In this document: positions 35,358-48,329 of the stretch, piece by piece
Numbering within the stretch: the first letter of the stretch is position 1
How the letters are laid out: each line of letters starts with the position of its first letter
Origin: Eledone cirrhosa
Lineage: Eukaryota
Direction of reading: 5' to 3'
DNA: 64,000 nt
Assembly: GCA_964016885.1 (NCBI GenBank)
Contig: OZ024742.1
Location: 125,984,001 to 126,048,000, forward strand
Position numbers and translations under genes: made by a program
The notes under the pieces: model-generated
What the model was told of the DNA's origin: nothing
Databases searched by the model: none
What the model saw: only the letters and a program-made list of their open reading frames with translations

Positions 35358-37791
35358 CACAGGTTCTCAACCCATTTAGGCCATTTGTCCCTCAAAATCA
35401 CGAAACGGAACATAAATCACGAAAAGGAACATAAATGTTCTTTTTTATGAATAAGGACCAGTTGAATTTGTTATATTCCCACCAGGCATTACCAGCTATT
35501 TTGAACATTTATACAAGAGCAACTCTGTCTATCCCAAGAGTGCTCTTATCTGGAAGAAAGTAATAATTATATCATTTCAAAGCTTTCCAATTTTCCCTTT
35601 AATGAGACGGACAGAATAAATGTTGATATCTAATTTGATGTCCCCTCTGCTTTGTGAGCTTAGAGACCACGGAAGGTTTTCATGACCACGCGGGAGGGTA
35701 TATTTATTAGTAAATGGTAAAATATATACAACAAATGAGTAAGTGAATTGTAGTAGATGGTTTCCAGTCTAGTCAGACTGCATCTACAAATAAAAAAATT
35801 GTTAGTTTGCTTTGTAACAATAGCATAACCAAGTTTTCAGATAAATCAACTTACTTTAACTTTGACCTCATTTCAATGGGACCCTTGAGCTTCATGGCTA
35901 ACTCTTTGACGTGAGGCTGAATTTTCCTAAGATGTAGCCAGAGATCTCCAGGTGTAATTACATTGTAGCGGTTGCGAGACTTGCTGTGCAGTCTGGAAAC
36001 AGCATCAAACCTCCTCTCGACTAAGTATGAGCTTGGAAAAGGCAGAGCAAATCTCTTAGCCTCTGCATGTAGGTGTGGAAATCGATGCTGAATTTCCTCT
36101 TGCATCCCAAAAAGGGGTTCACCTAATTTTGATCATGTCATTTGCTTGAACTTCAATGAATTCTTCCTGAAATTTAACATCCAAATTGTCAACGTTAGCT
36201 ATGAAGTGATCTGCTATCCACATTGGGATGTCCATCGGCAAAAGGTTGACAAACCATTCTCTCGTGTTGTCTTGTAGCGCATGGAGGTGAGTGGTATAAA
36301 TTTGGAGTTGGTCATCGTTTACAATGTTTTGAACATTGGCGATACTAGGAAAATTATAGAATTCCCGTCAACAAAGATTCCTTTCAATGACATTCAATTT
36401 GGCCAGGAATGTTTTCACAGCATTCCTTGCTTTAAGCAAGGTGATCTTCTTCCCCTGCAAAGCCAAAATGACGCTATTGCATTTGTCGAAGATGTCGGTG
36501 AGGTAGGGGTTTTCTTGTACAGTTCTGTGTTGCATCCTCGCAGAAACTCAATGATAGAGTCGAAGAGTTCAAAGAAGTGAGTAAAGTACTTGCTCTTTGA
36601 AAGCCACCTCACTTCAGTATGAAGGAGCAACTTGGTGAATTCTATGTCATTATCTTGGCACAGTTGCCAGAAAATTCATTCATTGAGGGAATGCCGTTTG
36701 ATAAAATTGATGACATCAAGGGCCACCTGCAAGGACTTGCTCAGCGGCTTGCTGAGTTTCTTCACAGCCAAGTGTTGTCGATGAATGACACAATGAATAA
36801 CAAATACAGATAGATTTTCTCTCTTCAGAAGAGTGACGAAACCCTTATGTTGGCCGACCATTGCTCTTGCGTTGTCCGTAGCACATGATACAATGTGTGT
36901 TGTATGTGGTCTTAGATGTATGTATTACCTGCCTGTATGTTGTATGTAGTCCTAGATGTTTGTATTACCTGCTTATGTATTGCATGTGGTCCCAGCTGTA
37001 TGTATTACCTGCTTGTATGTTGTATGTGGTCCTAGATGTATGCATTGCCTGATTATGTGTTGTATGTGGTCCTAGATGTTTGTATTACCTGATTATGTGT
37101 TGTATGTGGTCCTAGATGTTTGTATTACCTGATTATGTGTTGTATGTGGTCCTAGATATTTGTATTACCTGCTTGTGTGTTGTATGTGGTCCTAGATGTA
37201 TGTATTACCTGCCTGTGTGATGTATGTGGTCCTAGATGTATGTATTACCTGCCTGTGTGATGTATGTGGTCCTAGATGTGTGTATTACCTGCTTATGTGT
37301 TGTATGTAGTCTTAGATGTGTGCGCTACCCACTTCTGTGTTTTTTTTCTTTTTTTTATTTGTAATATTATTTATACAATAGGGAATAAAATAGATCTACA
37401 TAGTGTTAACTCATTACGGTTGAGTCAATAATTTCACACATGAAATACATTGTTATCGGTGAAGGAAAGATAAAATTCTAACTGGCTGCGCTCAAAGTGT
37501 CCTTGACCCAGTTGAACGTGGGTTTATTCCATTTTTAGGATCTCAATTGCCGGTTAATGTCTAGACACGCCTGCACACCTGCTCACAGCTGCGGTTAGAC
37601 TATAGTTATGTTGTCTGCATGCTCATTCAAATACATTCACACTGGCTGGCTCAAAGACATACAAATATGGCTTATAAAACTTACCAAAGTAAAGAGCCTT
37701 CCAGCACCCCCAAAGCTCCAAACGCCCCCTAACGCGACCTTGCTCCCAAACGCACCCCAGAGGTGCATATGCCCCCCGTTGAGAACCTTTG
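35358..37791 (-). mobile_element. hAT (Buster/Charlie-type) transposon with decayed transposase
   Basis: TIRs CACAGGTTCTCAAC / GTTGAGAACCTTTG; 8-bp TSD GTGCAGAC (35350-35357) / GTGTAGAC (37792-37799); IHCVIHRQHL, LLHTEVRWLS and PFPSSYLVE motifs. Confidence 0.92.
36897..37340. repeat. 40-bp minisatellite, about 11 copies (TGTATGTGGTCCTAGATGTATGTATTACCTGCTTATGTGT)
   Basis: Direct reading; period 40. Confidence 0.95.
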
Positions 37792-38322
37792 GTGTAGACC
37801 AATGTCATTCTTAAATATGTTTGCATGTCCAACCTTCAACATTTTCAGAAAACTCTACTAAAATACCTCCTTTTGAAAAATGGTGGAAACTTTCTGTCCA
37901 ATCAAGATCGTTTTTAGGTCTGTTTTTCAATGGTTGCATATGTATGTAACCATTAAATGTATATAATCATGAATATAACCATGTATATGGTCAGTACTTA
38001 ATCAGAGCCTTTGGTCTCTCAGATGGCCTGACGGTGCTGTAGCCTGTTTACATACATTGCCCCACTCTACAGAGTTCTGCATGTAATTGTTTATGGCACA
38101 AATACAAGCAAGATCATCAGGCCTTCAATGCAACCATTCTTTAGAAAGTTTTCTATAGTTGGATACCCTTCTTATCACTTACTACTTTATAGTGTGTACC
38201 GGGTGTGTTTTTATCGATTTACTAATACTAGAGAAGTTGTCATGCACTTAAAACCACTGAAGAGTCCTCCAAACCCTTTTTTACCTTAGTTAGTAACTAT
38301 TATAATTATTATTAGCTCTTTA

Positions 38323-38715
38323 ATGGCAATGGATTGGCAGAATAGTTAGAGTGCCGGACAAAATGCTTTGTAGTATTTGGTTATGGCTTTTTACATTCCA
38401 AGTTCAAATCCTGCCGAGGCTAGCTTTGCCTTCATCCTAATGGAGTCGATAAAATAAAACACCAGTAACAAACTGGGGGGGTCAATTTAATTGACTTGCC
38501 TCACCCTTCAAATTTCTGGCCTTGTGCCAAATGTAGAAACAATTATTATTATTAAGAGTGGTGAATTGGCAATATTGGTAGAACATTAGACAACATGTTT
38601 TGCAGCATGAAGTTTTGGCCCTATACTTTACCTTTCAACTTTACAGGGTTGATTTAATTGACTTTCCCCTTCCCTTCAAGCTGCTAGCAATGTGCCAAAA
38701 AGAAGAACCAATTAT
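38323..38715 (+). mobile_element. Two tandem SINE family A copies
   Basis: Head, core and tail motifs as in other family A copies. Confidence 0.75.
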
Positions 38716-38756
38716 TATGATTATTAAAGAAAAGAAATATGAAGAGGTGTTCTTAC

Positions 38757-38860
38757 TCTAGGCTGCCAATTAAGATATTTTAAAGCTTTGGAAATATTTG
38801 GTCGTCGCCTCTGTGGGTCATCTTGCATTGCTGGTCTGTTAACAATCTTGCTGTCACCAC
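38757..38860 (-). CDS. UXS1: UXS1 exon (GGDSKIVNRPAMQDDPQRRRPNISKALKYLNWQPR)
   Basis: TTTCAG/GTAAG boundaries; conserved DDPQxRxP motif; phases fit neighbouring exons. Confidence 0.95.
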
Positions 38861-39691
38861 CTGAAATAAACGCATATATTTGAAGAGACCAGGTAAAATT
38901 ACCTTTGAACAAGCTGCATGCTAGTCTTATTTTATCTCACTCTCACTAGTGTGTGTGTCTGTGTGAAAGAGATAGTAGGCAGATACACAGAAGAGAGAGC
39001 TCACACCTATGCAAGTTTAGCTGACCTCTCCTGGTGAGGTTTCTTGGGTGCTTTAATGATACGGACTACACTCTAATAATAAAAAGCAATGTGAAATGAA
39101 GTGCCATGCTCAAGAATACGTGCTGTCCAGTCCAGGAATTGAACCTATCACCTGATGATAACCATAACTCTTTGGTGTACAAACCGGCCAAAATTCTCTA
39201 CCTCTTTCTGTTCAAACTGGCTGTAACTGGTCGCTCAAACTGATGTTAAGGTATTGTTCTCAAAATAAATACTTTCAAAATCTCATAGATTTGATATTAT
39301 GTGAGATAATTATATGAATTTTACCATGAAAATATAATAGTATATATAGAATAATGTGAATGCTAAAGGGTTGAACACTAGATCACATGCCTTCACTGTG
39401 TATACACACACTCATCATCACCATTATCATTATTTTACATTTCCTCTCCATGTTCACATGGGTTGGACAGGTTGTCACAGTCTAAGATCAGATGGGTCAG
39501 AGCGACCTATCTTGCTTGTTACATTTCATATTTGGCATGGTTTCTATGGTGTGTGCTGGATGCACTTTTCATGAAACCAGAACTACCATTTTACAAAGTG
39601 GACTGGGTGCATTTTATCATGGTACCAACACTAATACTTCAGAATATTCAAACAAAATTAAATAAAAAGTAAAACAAACATAACAACATAC

Positions 39692-39854
39692 CAACTATTT
39701 TCTTAATGATTTTGGCAAATTCCATAACAGAATGTTCCTCTGGGTTTCCAATGTTGACTGGTTGAGAGTAATTGCTGTTCATTAAAGCAATGAGCCCATC
39801 AACCAAATCACTAACATACTGGAATGACCTGGTCTGTGTACCATCACCATACAC
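39692..39854 (-). CDS. UXS1: UXS1 exon (VYGDGTQTRSFQYVSDLVDGLIALMNSNYSQPVNIGNPEEH..KIV)
   Basis: CCAG/GTATG boundaries; 163 nt; strong identity to UXS1. Confidence 0.97.
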
Positions 39855-40014
39855 CTGGAATATAAAGGTATGAAAGGAAGTGATTACAATAAAATACTGG
39901 ACAAAGATGAATATAATTCCACAGAAATTAGAATTTGCAAGAAAATTGTTGTGGGTATAACTGCTTCAAATTAATGTAGATAAGCTACATCTCACATACG
40001 TACTCATACTCAAC

Positions 40015-40630
40015 AGAGTATGGCAAAGTCGGGAGTGATAATCCCAATTTTCAAAAAGGGAGTCAAGAGAGACTGTTCCAATTACAGAGGGATCTCCTTG
40101 TTAAGCCTCCTCAGTAAAGCATCTGGCAAAGAGATATAAGGAGATTGTTGGGTCCAAGCTAGCTGATGAACAGTGTGGTTTTCACCCCAGACACAACACA
40201 GCTGAGTAAATATCTACACTGCAGCAGGTATTCGAGAAATCATGAGAGTATTGCCAAGAAGTATATTCTTGTTTTGTCAACCTTGAGAAGGCATATGACC
40301 GCGTTCCTCAGGACCTGCTGTGGGGTGAATGGTCAGCTTCTTGTTGCCCCGATGTCTCTATACAAATGCCCAAGTACTTGTGGTCAGAGAAATGGTGCTA
40401 AATCAAAACCGTTCAATGTCAGACTCCACCAAGGATCAGTACTGTCACCTCTCCTGTAATTTTCATGAACAGGATTAACATGCGCAGCTGGGTCGGAAGT
40501 GGTATCACAACTGGCAGGTGTAGAATCAGTTGGCTGGAATTTGTAGGCGACATAGTATTACTCAACAGACGATGATCTCCAACTTGCACTTGATAGGTTT
40601 GATGCCAAGTGTTGCATGGCTGGAATGTGA
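40015..40630 (+). mobile_element. Decayed RTE-like RT fragment
   Basis: VIIPIFKKG..CSNYRGISLLS..LHQGSVLSPLL. Confidence 0.75.
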
Positions 40631-40727
40631 ATGGGATGGTTACTTCTGACAGGACCCAGTGAAAGAAGTGTTTGAGGACGCTGCTCCCACAACCCTCTCA
40701 GGAATAAGTAGGCAAAGAAGAACATAC

Positions 40728-40847
40728 CGTAATAGGTTCATTCTGGAGAGCTTGCAGAATAAAATTGCTCACAACACGACCGTCATTCATATGCATCCGT
40801 GGTCCAAATGTGTTGAAAATTCTTGAAACACGCACTTCAAGGTTTTC
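40728..40847 (-). CDS. UXS1: UXS1 exon ([40 protein letters not shown])
   Basis: TTTCAG/GTATG boundaries; 120 nt; not in the ORF track, read manually. Confidence 0.97.
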
Positions 40848-41699
40848 CTGAAAAATTGAGATGTTTTAGCAATTAATATTTTTGAAGACAGTTGAAAGAC
40901 AAAGATGACAAAACCATCAGTGGTTAAAATGTTTTGCAATATCTGCATTTGTGTCAATGTTCTGCGTTATAAGTTTTACAGAGAAAAATTTCCTATCACT
41001 TCAATCTGGAATTAATCATGTATATATTCTTGTTTGTGCCATCCTCCAATATATGTCAAAAATGAAAATTTATTAATTTATCAAAATGACCATAGTAGTT
41101 AGGGTAAGAACAGGATGAAAAACTTCAAGGCGCAACTACCTCTGTTCACAACAAAATGTTTTTCCCTATGAAAGAAAGTTTGGATGTATAATGTCTGTAT
41201 GGTAGCGAGACATGAGTAATGAATGCAGAGGCTACGCTCCAATGGATGTGCAATGCATGGCAAAGCATGGATAATCTCAGAGAAAAGCTGAGAATAAGAG
41301 GAATCAGATATAGTGTGCTAGACACCAACACTAGTAAAGTTGCCTTGTCTGCTATAAGATTGTCTTTGTAATTGAATATGTAATCAAATATATAATCAAA
41401 CAGTTCAGACAAGGAGCAGAAGTCATTATGACATTGGTAGATGTGACAGAAATATGAAGTATATAGATGATGATCATTAGGTAAATAAGTGCCAAAAATT
41501 CCCAATGGAAGAGTGGTACAGTAAAGTGAAGCTAAAGAAAACATAGGCAGAGGTTGTCAAAGATATTTTAAATCCCTAAAGCTCACAGCTGAGAATATGA
41601 AGGAGCATGACAAGTGGAGGAATGTTGTGCTGGACTATACCCATCCAACCATGGAAAAATGGATGATAATGATGATTATTTGGTAAATATGTCCATAAC

Positions 41700-44583
41700 G
41701 GGGAACACGACAGTCAGATAGATTATATCCTTACCAGAAGACGAGACAGAGTGTCTGTTGTAAACACTAAATCCCTCCCCCATGAAGAATGCACCTCCCA
41801 ACATAGCCTCATAGTTAGCAAACTCATAGTCAGGACGAGACGTATTCGACAACAGAGGAGGACTATCCTTAGGAGAAAAATATGGAAGTTAAAGGACCCC
41901 ACAGCCAGTAATAAATTTAAAAGCATATTACTTGATGCTTTTGACAGTAAGGAAGAGCAATTAGAGTCGTACAATATAGAGGAACAATGGGAATTCCTGA
42001 AAGCTAACCTGCTGAAGGCGACAGATGAAATCTGTGGCTGGAGCAGTCCTATAGGCAGGAGGAGAGTAACTTGGTGGTGGAACAGTAAGGTGGAGGAGTC
42101 GATCAAGGCCAAAAAGCAGGCTTGGAAAGTATGGTGGGATGGGGGAAGTAGAGAAGACTATCAAGTGGCCAAGAGGGAAGCTAGGAGACAAGTGTACTTC
42201 GCAAGAAGGGAAGCACAGGAAAGAAAGTTCAAGCATGTTCTACAACGCGAGGGCCAAAAACGTGAGGTGTTCAGGATTGCTAGACAATGTGTCAAGGAGA
42301 ATCGTGATATTGTCGGGGAGAAGTGTGTCCGTAATGATGATGGTGTACTTGCCATCACTGACGCTGATAAGAAGGTAGCTTAGAAGTGTCACTACGAAAG
42401 GCTACTAAATGAGAAGAATAAATGGGAGAAAGACAGTCTCCCCCAGATCGATCAAATAGAGGGACCAGCAGTGCAAGTTGAAGGTAGTGTAATAAGTAAG
42501 GCAATCAAAGATTTCAGTCTCCCCCAGATCGATCAAATAGAGGGACCAGCAGTACAAGTTGAAGGTAGTATAATAAGTAAGGCAATCAAAGATTTGAAGA
42601 CGGGCAAGGCGGCTGGGCCTTCGGAAATAGTTGCTGAAATGCTGAAAGCATCTGGAACGGTGGGACACACTATGGTCACCCGGATAGTAAACCAAGTTAT
42701 ACAGAATGGGGTCGTACCAAAGGACTGGCGTAGCAGCAGCATCTTTAACTGCTACAAGGGTAAAGGAGATGCCCTAGAAAGGGGAAACTATAGAGGCATT
42801 AAATTAATTGACCAGGTCATGAAGGTCACAGAAAAAGTAATAGCGCAACTAATCAGAGAGCGAATTGATCTAGATGAAATGCAGTTCGGGTTTGTGTCAG
42901 GTAAAAGTACCACAGACGCTCTTTTCATTGTACGACAACTACAGGAGAAGTACCTAGCTAAAAGTAAACCCCTCTACTTAGCTTTTGTAGACCTGGAGAA
43001 AACCCTTGACAGAGTCCCCCGCTCCATTATCTGGTGGGCTCTTAGAAAACTAGGTGGAGATGAATGGCTTGTGAGAGCTATACAACCCATGTATAAAGAA
43101 ACAGTCAGCAAGGTTAGAATTAACAACGAATATAGTGAAGAGTTTAGCGTAAAAGTTGGTGTTTATCAGGGCTCTGTCCTTAGCCCCCTCCTATTTTTAT
43201 CGCCCTCCAAGCTATAACAGAGGAGTTCAAGACTGGCTGCCCATGGGAACTTCTATCCGCAGATGATCTAACGCTCATAGCCAAATCAATCGCTGAACTA
43301 GAGAAGAAATTCCAAACATGGAAGCATGGCCTGGAATCAAAAGGCCTTAAAGTTAACTTGTCTAAGACTAAAGTTCTAATATGTAGGAAGCAGAATAGGG
43401 CACTGGTTCCATCTGGGAAATGGCCATGCTCAATGTGTAGGAAAGGAGTAGGCAGAAACTCCATTTTATGTCCCAAATGCAAAGTATGTAGTGGGATCAC
43501 AGGTAAGCTAACTAATAATATAGATTTTATATGTAGCAGGTGCTCTGGTGCAATAAGTAGCAGCAAATGCCCACAGAATACTAGCTCATTCCATTGCACA
43601 GATGGTTCTATAGAAATAGTGGACACCTTCCGTTCCTGGGTGACAAAATCAGCAGTGGTGGAGGGTGCTCCGAAAGTACTGTAGCTAGAATCTGAACGGG
43701 GTGGCAAAAGTTCAGAGAGCTTATACCACTATTGGCTGCTAAAGGTTTCTCTCTAAAAATAAAAGGCAGGCTGTATGATGCCTGCATACGAACAGCGATG
43801 TTACATGGTAGTGAGACATGGGTCTTGTGTGCAGAGGATCTATGCAGACTGGAGGGGAACGAAGCTTGCATGCTCCGTTGGATGTGTAATAGTAATATAC
43901 GCGAACAGCAAAGCATAAATGAACTAAGTGAGAAATTAGGAATAAGAGGGATCAGATGCTGTTTACTCGAGAGGAGACTGCGTTGGTATGGTCACATGAT
44001 GCGCATGAAAGACGACAGCTATATAAAAAAATGCAGGGCGATCAAAATAGACGGTAGCTACGGAGTAGGCAGACCCAGAAAAACCTGGGACTTGATAAAA
44101 TCCGACCTCACACACTTACACCTCTCCAAGACAATGTCACTGGACCGAGATCTTTGGCGCTACGTAGTAATACAGAAGACCCGCCTTGCCTAAGTACAAA
44201 GCGAAACCTACAATCAGTAGGCACCTCTTAACCAAAATACACCCCCGTCCCACTACCCCTACCGCCATCTACACTACCCCTTTCGATGTAAAGCTATGTC
44301 GGTACCACAACATCCAATCCTAAATAAATGAGGTCGTGTAGGTGTCACGACAAAAAAACACACAGTCTACGCAGTAATGTGGCCGTGTAGGTAACACGGT
44401 AAAAACCTCCCAGTCCACACTGTAAACGTGGTTGGTGTTAGGAAGGGCATCCAGCCGTAGAAAACCCGCCAGACAGTCCTGATCAAGACAACCAATCTTG
44501 CCTCAAGTGGGACAATTCCTGTCCAGACCCATGCTAGCGTAGAAGATGGACGTTAAACAATGATGATGACAATGATGATGATG
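41700..44583 (+). mobile_element. 5'-truncated RTE-clade LINE, antisense within a UXS1 intron
   Basis: Endonuclease end SQIDYIL, RT (NYRGIKL, QFGF, FVDLEK, QGSVLSP, ADDL), internal Cys-rich finger, 3' UTR ending in (GAT)n; several stops and frameshifts. Confidence 0.93.
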
Positions 44584-45625
44584 AACTGAAGAGTAAAAAT
44601 TTGTCCTTGTGTCTCAGTACAAAACTAAGAACCAACAAGTAAGATTCTACATGGTAGATTGACATGCTAGAAATAGCAGCCAAATTTGATTCATACCAAC
44701 AGTGTTGTTTTAAAACTGATCATCCTCATTTCACATACAATTTATATGCTGATGTGGGTTGGACAAGTCATCAAAGTCCAAGTTAGTTATTATTTGGAGT
44801 TAGTGCCTTCCTGGATAGGTTCTGGACTATGTCTCACCTCTGTTCAGTTTTGGCATGGTTTCTACAGCTGGATGCCCTTCTTAACATTAACCATTTTACA
44901 GAGTGTACTGGATGAATTTATCATGACATCAGCACTAGAGAGGTTGTTGTGCTCTCAATAAGACTAAAAGAGCCCTTTCAATTCTAAGTTGTTTATGTTT
45001 GTTCAACAATCACTTTACAAGGTATATTGGATAGATTTTATCATGACTGGTAAAGTTGCCATGTCTTCATCATCACCAGGAGGAGGAGGAGACCTGGTAG
45101 TAAAGTATCATATTATCATGTGATACAATTTTTGGAGGAAAGCTGACAATTTACCACTGAGGAATGGTGACAGCCAAGATATAAAAAAAAAAGGAGGTAA
45201 AGTATTTCACTGACTCACTGAACAACATGTTATCAGTCAATAGAGAAAATTTAATGAAATGTAAACAGGTTACTTGACACTGCATGGATGAGTAGGCGTT
45301 TGACAAAGGAGTGGGGTCATGGTGAAAGATAAAACACCTAGATTAAAAGATGAGTAAGTCAGGAATGCCTGTATAATGTCACCTATCAAATCCCACTGAG
45401 GTTAACTTTGCCTTTCATCCTTATCGGGTCGATAAAATAAAGTACCAGTAACATACAGGGGTCGATTTAATCGACTTCCTCCGCCCCAAAATTACTGGCC
45501 TTGTGCCTATATAAGAAATCATTATCATAATCATTAGTTTTTATATTATTTTTCCAGGCTGACATGGATTGCATGAGACTTTCTGAGGCGAATTTCTATG
45601 ACCTTCCTGATATCAACCCTCACTC

Positions 45626-47800
45626 AACAGTAGAGTGTGACAACAGTAGAGTATGACAACAGTAGAGTATGACAACAGTAGAGTATGACAACAGTAGAGT
45701 ATGACAACAGTAGAGTGTGACAACAGTAGAGTGTGACAACAGTAGAGTGTGACAACAGTAGAGTATGACAACAGTAGAGTGTGACAACAGTAGTGTGACA
45801 ACAGTAGAGTATGACAACAGTAGAGTGTGACAACAGTAGAGTGTGACAACAGTAGAGTATGACAACAGTAGAGTGTGACAACAGTAGAGTGTGACAACAG
45901 TAGAGTATGACAACAGTAGAGTGTGACAAAAGTAGAGTGTGACAACAGTAGTATGACAACAGTAGAGTGTGACAACAGTAGAGTGTGCCAACAGTAGAGT
46001 ATGACAACAGTAGAGTATGACAACAGTAGAGTATGACAACAGTAGAGTATGACAACAGTAGAGTATGACAACAGTAGAGTGTGACAACAGTAGAGTGTGA
46101 CAACAGTAGAGTATGACAACAGTAGAGTGTGCCAACAGTAGAGTGTGACAACAGTAGAGTATGACAACAGTAGAGTATGACAACAGTAGAGTGTGACAAC
46201 AGTAGAGTGTGACAACAGTAATATTGTACCAACAGTAGAGTGTGACAACAGTAGAGTATGACAACAGTAGAGTATGACAACAGTAGAGTGTGATAACAGT
46301 AGAGTGTGACAACAGTAATATTGTACCAACAGTAGAGTGTGACAACAGTAATATTGTACCAACAGTAGAGTGTGACAACAGTAGAGTGTAACAACAGTAG
46401 AGTATGACAACAGTAGAGTGTGACAACAGTAGAGTGTGACAACAGTAGAGTGTGACAACAGTAGAGTGTGACAACAGTAGAGTGTGACAACAGTAGAGTA
46501 TGACAACAGTAGAGTGTGACAACAGTAGAGTATGACAACAGTAGAGTGTGACAACAGTAGTGTGACAACAGTAGAGTATGACAACAGTAGAGTGTGACAA
46601 CAGTAGAGTGTGACAACAGTAGAGTATGACAACAGTAGAGTGTGACAACAGTAGAGTATGACAACAGTAGAGTGTGACAACAGTAGAGTGTGACAACAGT
46701 AGAGTATGACAACAGTAGAGTGACAACAGTAGAGTGTGACAACAGTAATGACAACAGTAGAGTATGACAACAGTAGAGTATGACAACAGTAGAGTGTGAC
46801 AACAGTAGAGTGTGACAACAGTAGAGTGTGACAACAGTAGTGTGCCAACAGTAGTGTGACAACAGTAGAGTGTGACAACAGTAGAGTGTGACAACAGTAG
46901 AGTATGACAACAGTAGAGTGTGACAACAGTAGAGTATGACAACAGTAGAGTATGACAACAGTAGAGTGTGACAACAGTAGAGTGTGCCAACAGTAGAGTG
47001 TGACAACAGTAGAGTATGACAACAGTAGAGTATGACAACAGTAGAGTGTGCCAACAGTAGAGTGTGCCAACAGTAGAGTGTGACAACAGTAGAGTATGAC
47101 AACAGTAGAGTATGACAACAGTAATATTGTACCAACAGTAGAGTGTGACAACAGTAGAGTATGACAACAGTAGAGTATGACAACAGTAGAGTATGACAAC
47201 AGTAGAGTATGACAACAGTAGAGTATGACAACAGTAGTGTGACAACAGTAGAGTATGACAACAGTAGAGTATGACAACAGTAGTGTGACAACAGTAGAGT
47301 ATGACAACAGTAGAGTGTGACAACAGTAGAGTATGACAACAGTAATATTGTACCAACAGTAGAGTGTGACAACAGTAATATTGTACCAACAGTAGAGTGT
47401 GACAACAGTAGAGTATGACAACAGTAATATTGTACCAACAGTAGAGTGTGACAACAGTAGAGTATGACAACAGTAGAGTATGACAACAGTAGAGTGTGAC
47501 AACAGTAATATTGTACCAACAGTAGAGTATGACAACAGTAGAGTATGACAACAGTAGAGTGACACCAGTAGAGTATGACAACAGTAGAGTATGACAACAG
47601 TAGAGTAAGACAACAGTAGAGTAAGACAACAGTAGAGTGTGACAACAGTAGAGTGTGACAATAGTGTGTGACAAAGTAGAGTGTGACAATAGTGTGTGAC
47701 AACAGTAGTGTGTGACAACAGTAGTGTGTGACAACAGTAGTGTGTGACAACAGTAGTGTGTGACAACAGTAGTGTGTGACAACAGTAGAGTGTGACACCA
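45626..47800. repeat. 16-bp minisatellite GACAACAGTAGAGT(G/A)T, ~2.2 kb
   Basis: Direct reading; interspersed AATATTGTACC and 14-bp variant units. Confidence 0.97.
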
Positions 47801-48060
47801 GTATAGTGTGACTGTAGAATAACACTAGAACATGTAGTTATATCTTTCTTTTTGCTGAGTTCAATGACCACAGTTTAATATACTGAGGTTAACATGTTAA
47901 GCTCAACAGTCTCTAGAAACCAGTTTTTCCTTTCATTTTTCTGGTGTCTATAAAATCAGCAGCAGGTACTATACTAGAGTTCATTCAATCAACTTATACC
48001 TACAATGTTTTACAAACATATATAACTTGTGCTAATGTACATAATTCAGTATTGCCATAC

Positions 48061-48182
48061 CTGTTTGGCATATGCATAGCACATGGTCTCTGCAACTCGC
48101 TTGCCTTCGTCATAACAAGCCCTAGGTCCAATAGGGTTCACGTGGCCCCAATATTCTTCAACTTGGGGATGGACTTCAGGAT
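48061..48182 (-). CDS. UXS1: UXS1 exon carrying the catalytic YxxxK ([41 protein letters not shown])
   Basis: ACAG/GTATG boundaries; 122 nt; near-identical to human UXS1. Confidence 0.98.
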
Positions 48183-48329
48183 CTGTAACATAAATAAATA
48201 TTGATAGACCAACTTGGTGAGCACACAGCAATCTAGCTTGGATTATTTATCTGTTACAAGGACTTATTTTAGGAGAAGCTATATACAGAAAATTCTGCTT
48301 CTAACCTACTTCAACGATTATCAACTTAT

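Larger units (their letters stand above)
34301..37906 (-). mobile_element. Decayed mariner (Mos1-like) DNA transposon interrupted by a hAT element
   Basis: TA followed by TIR TTCGGTTGGGCAGAAGGTGCATGCCATTTT; diverged right TIR at ~37877-37906; transposase remnants (KAGLHPRKAILRIWWDWKGVIH) at 34380-35300. Confidence 0.75.

Noticed and set aside
45613-47871. Three 720-752 aa Cys/His-rich ORFs; CRISPR-like appearance
   Set aside because: All three minus frames are open because the 16-bp unit lacks stops; there are no unique spacers, no cas genes, and the context is a eukaryotic intron.
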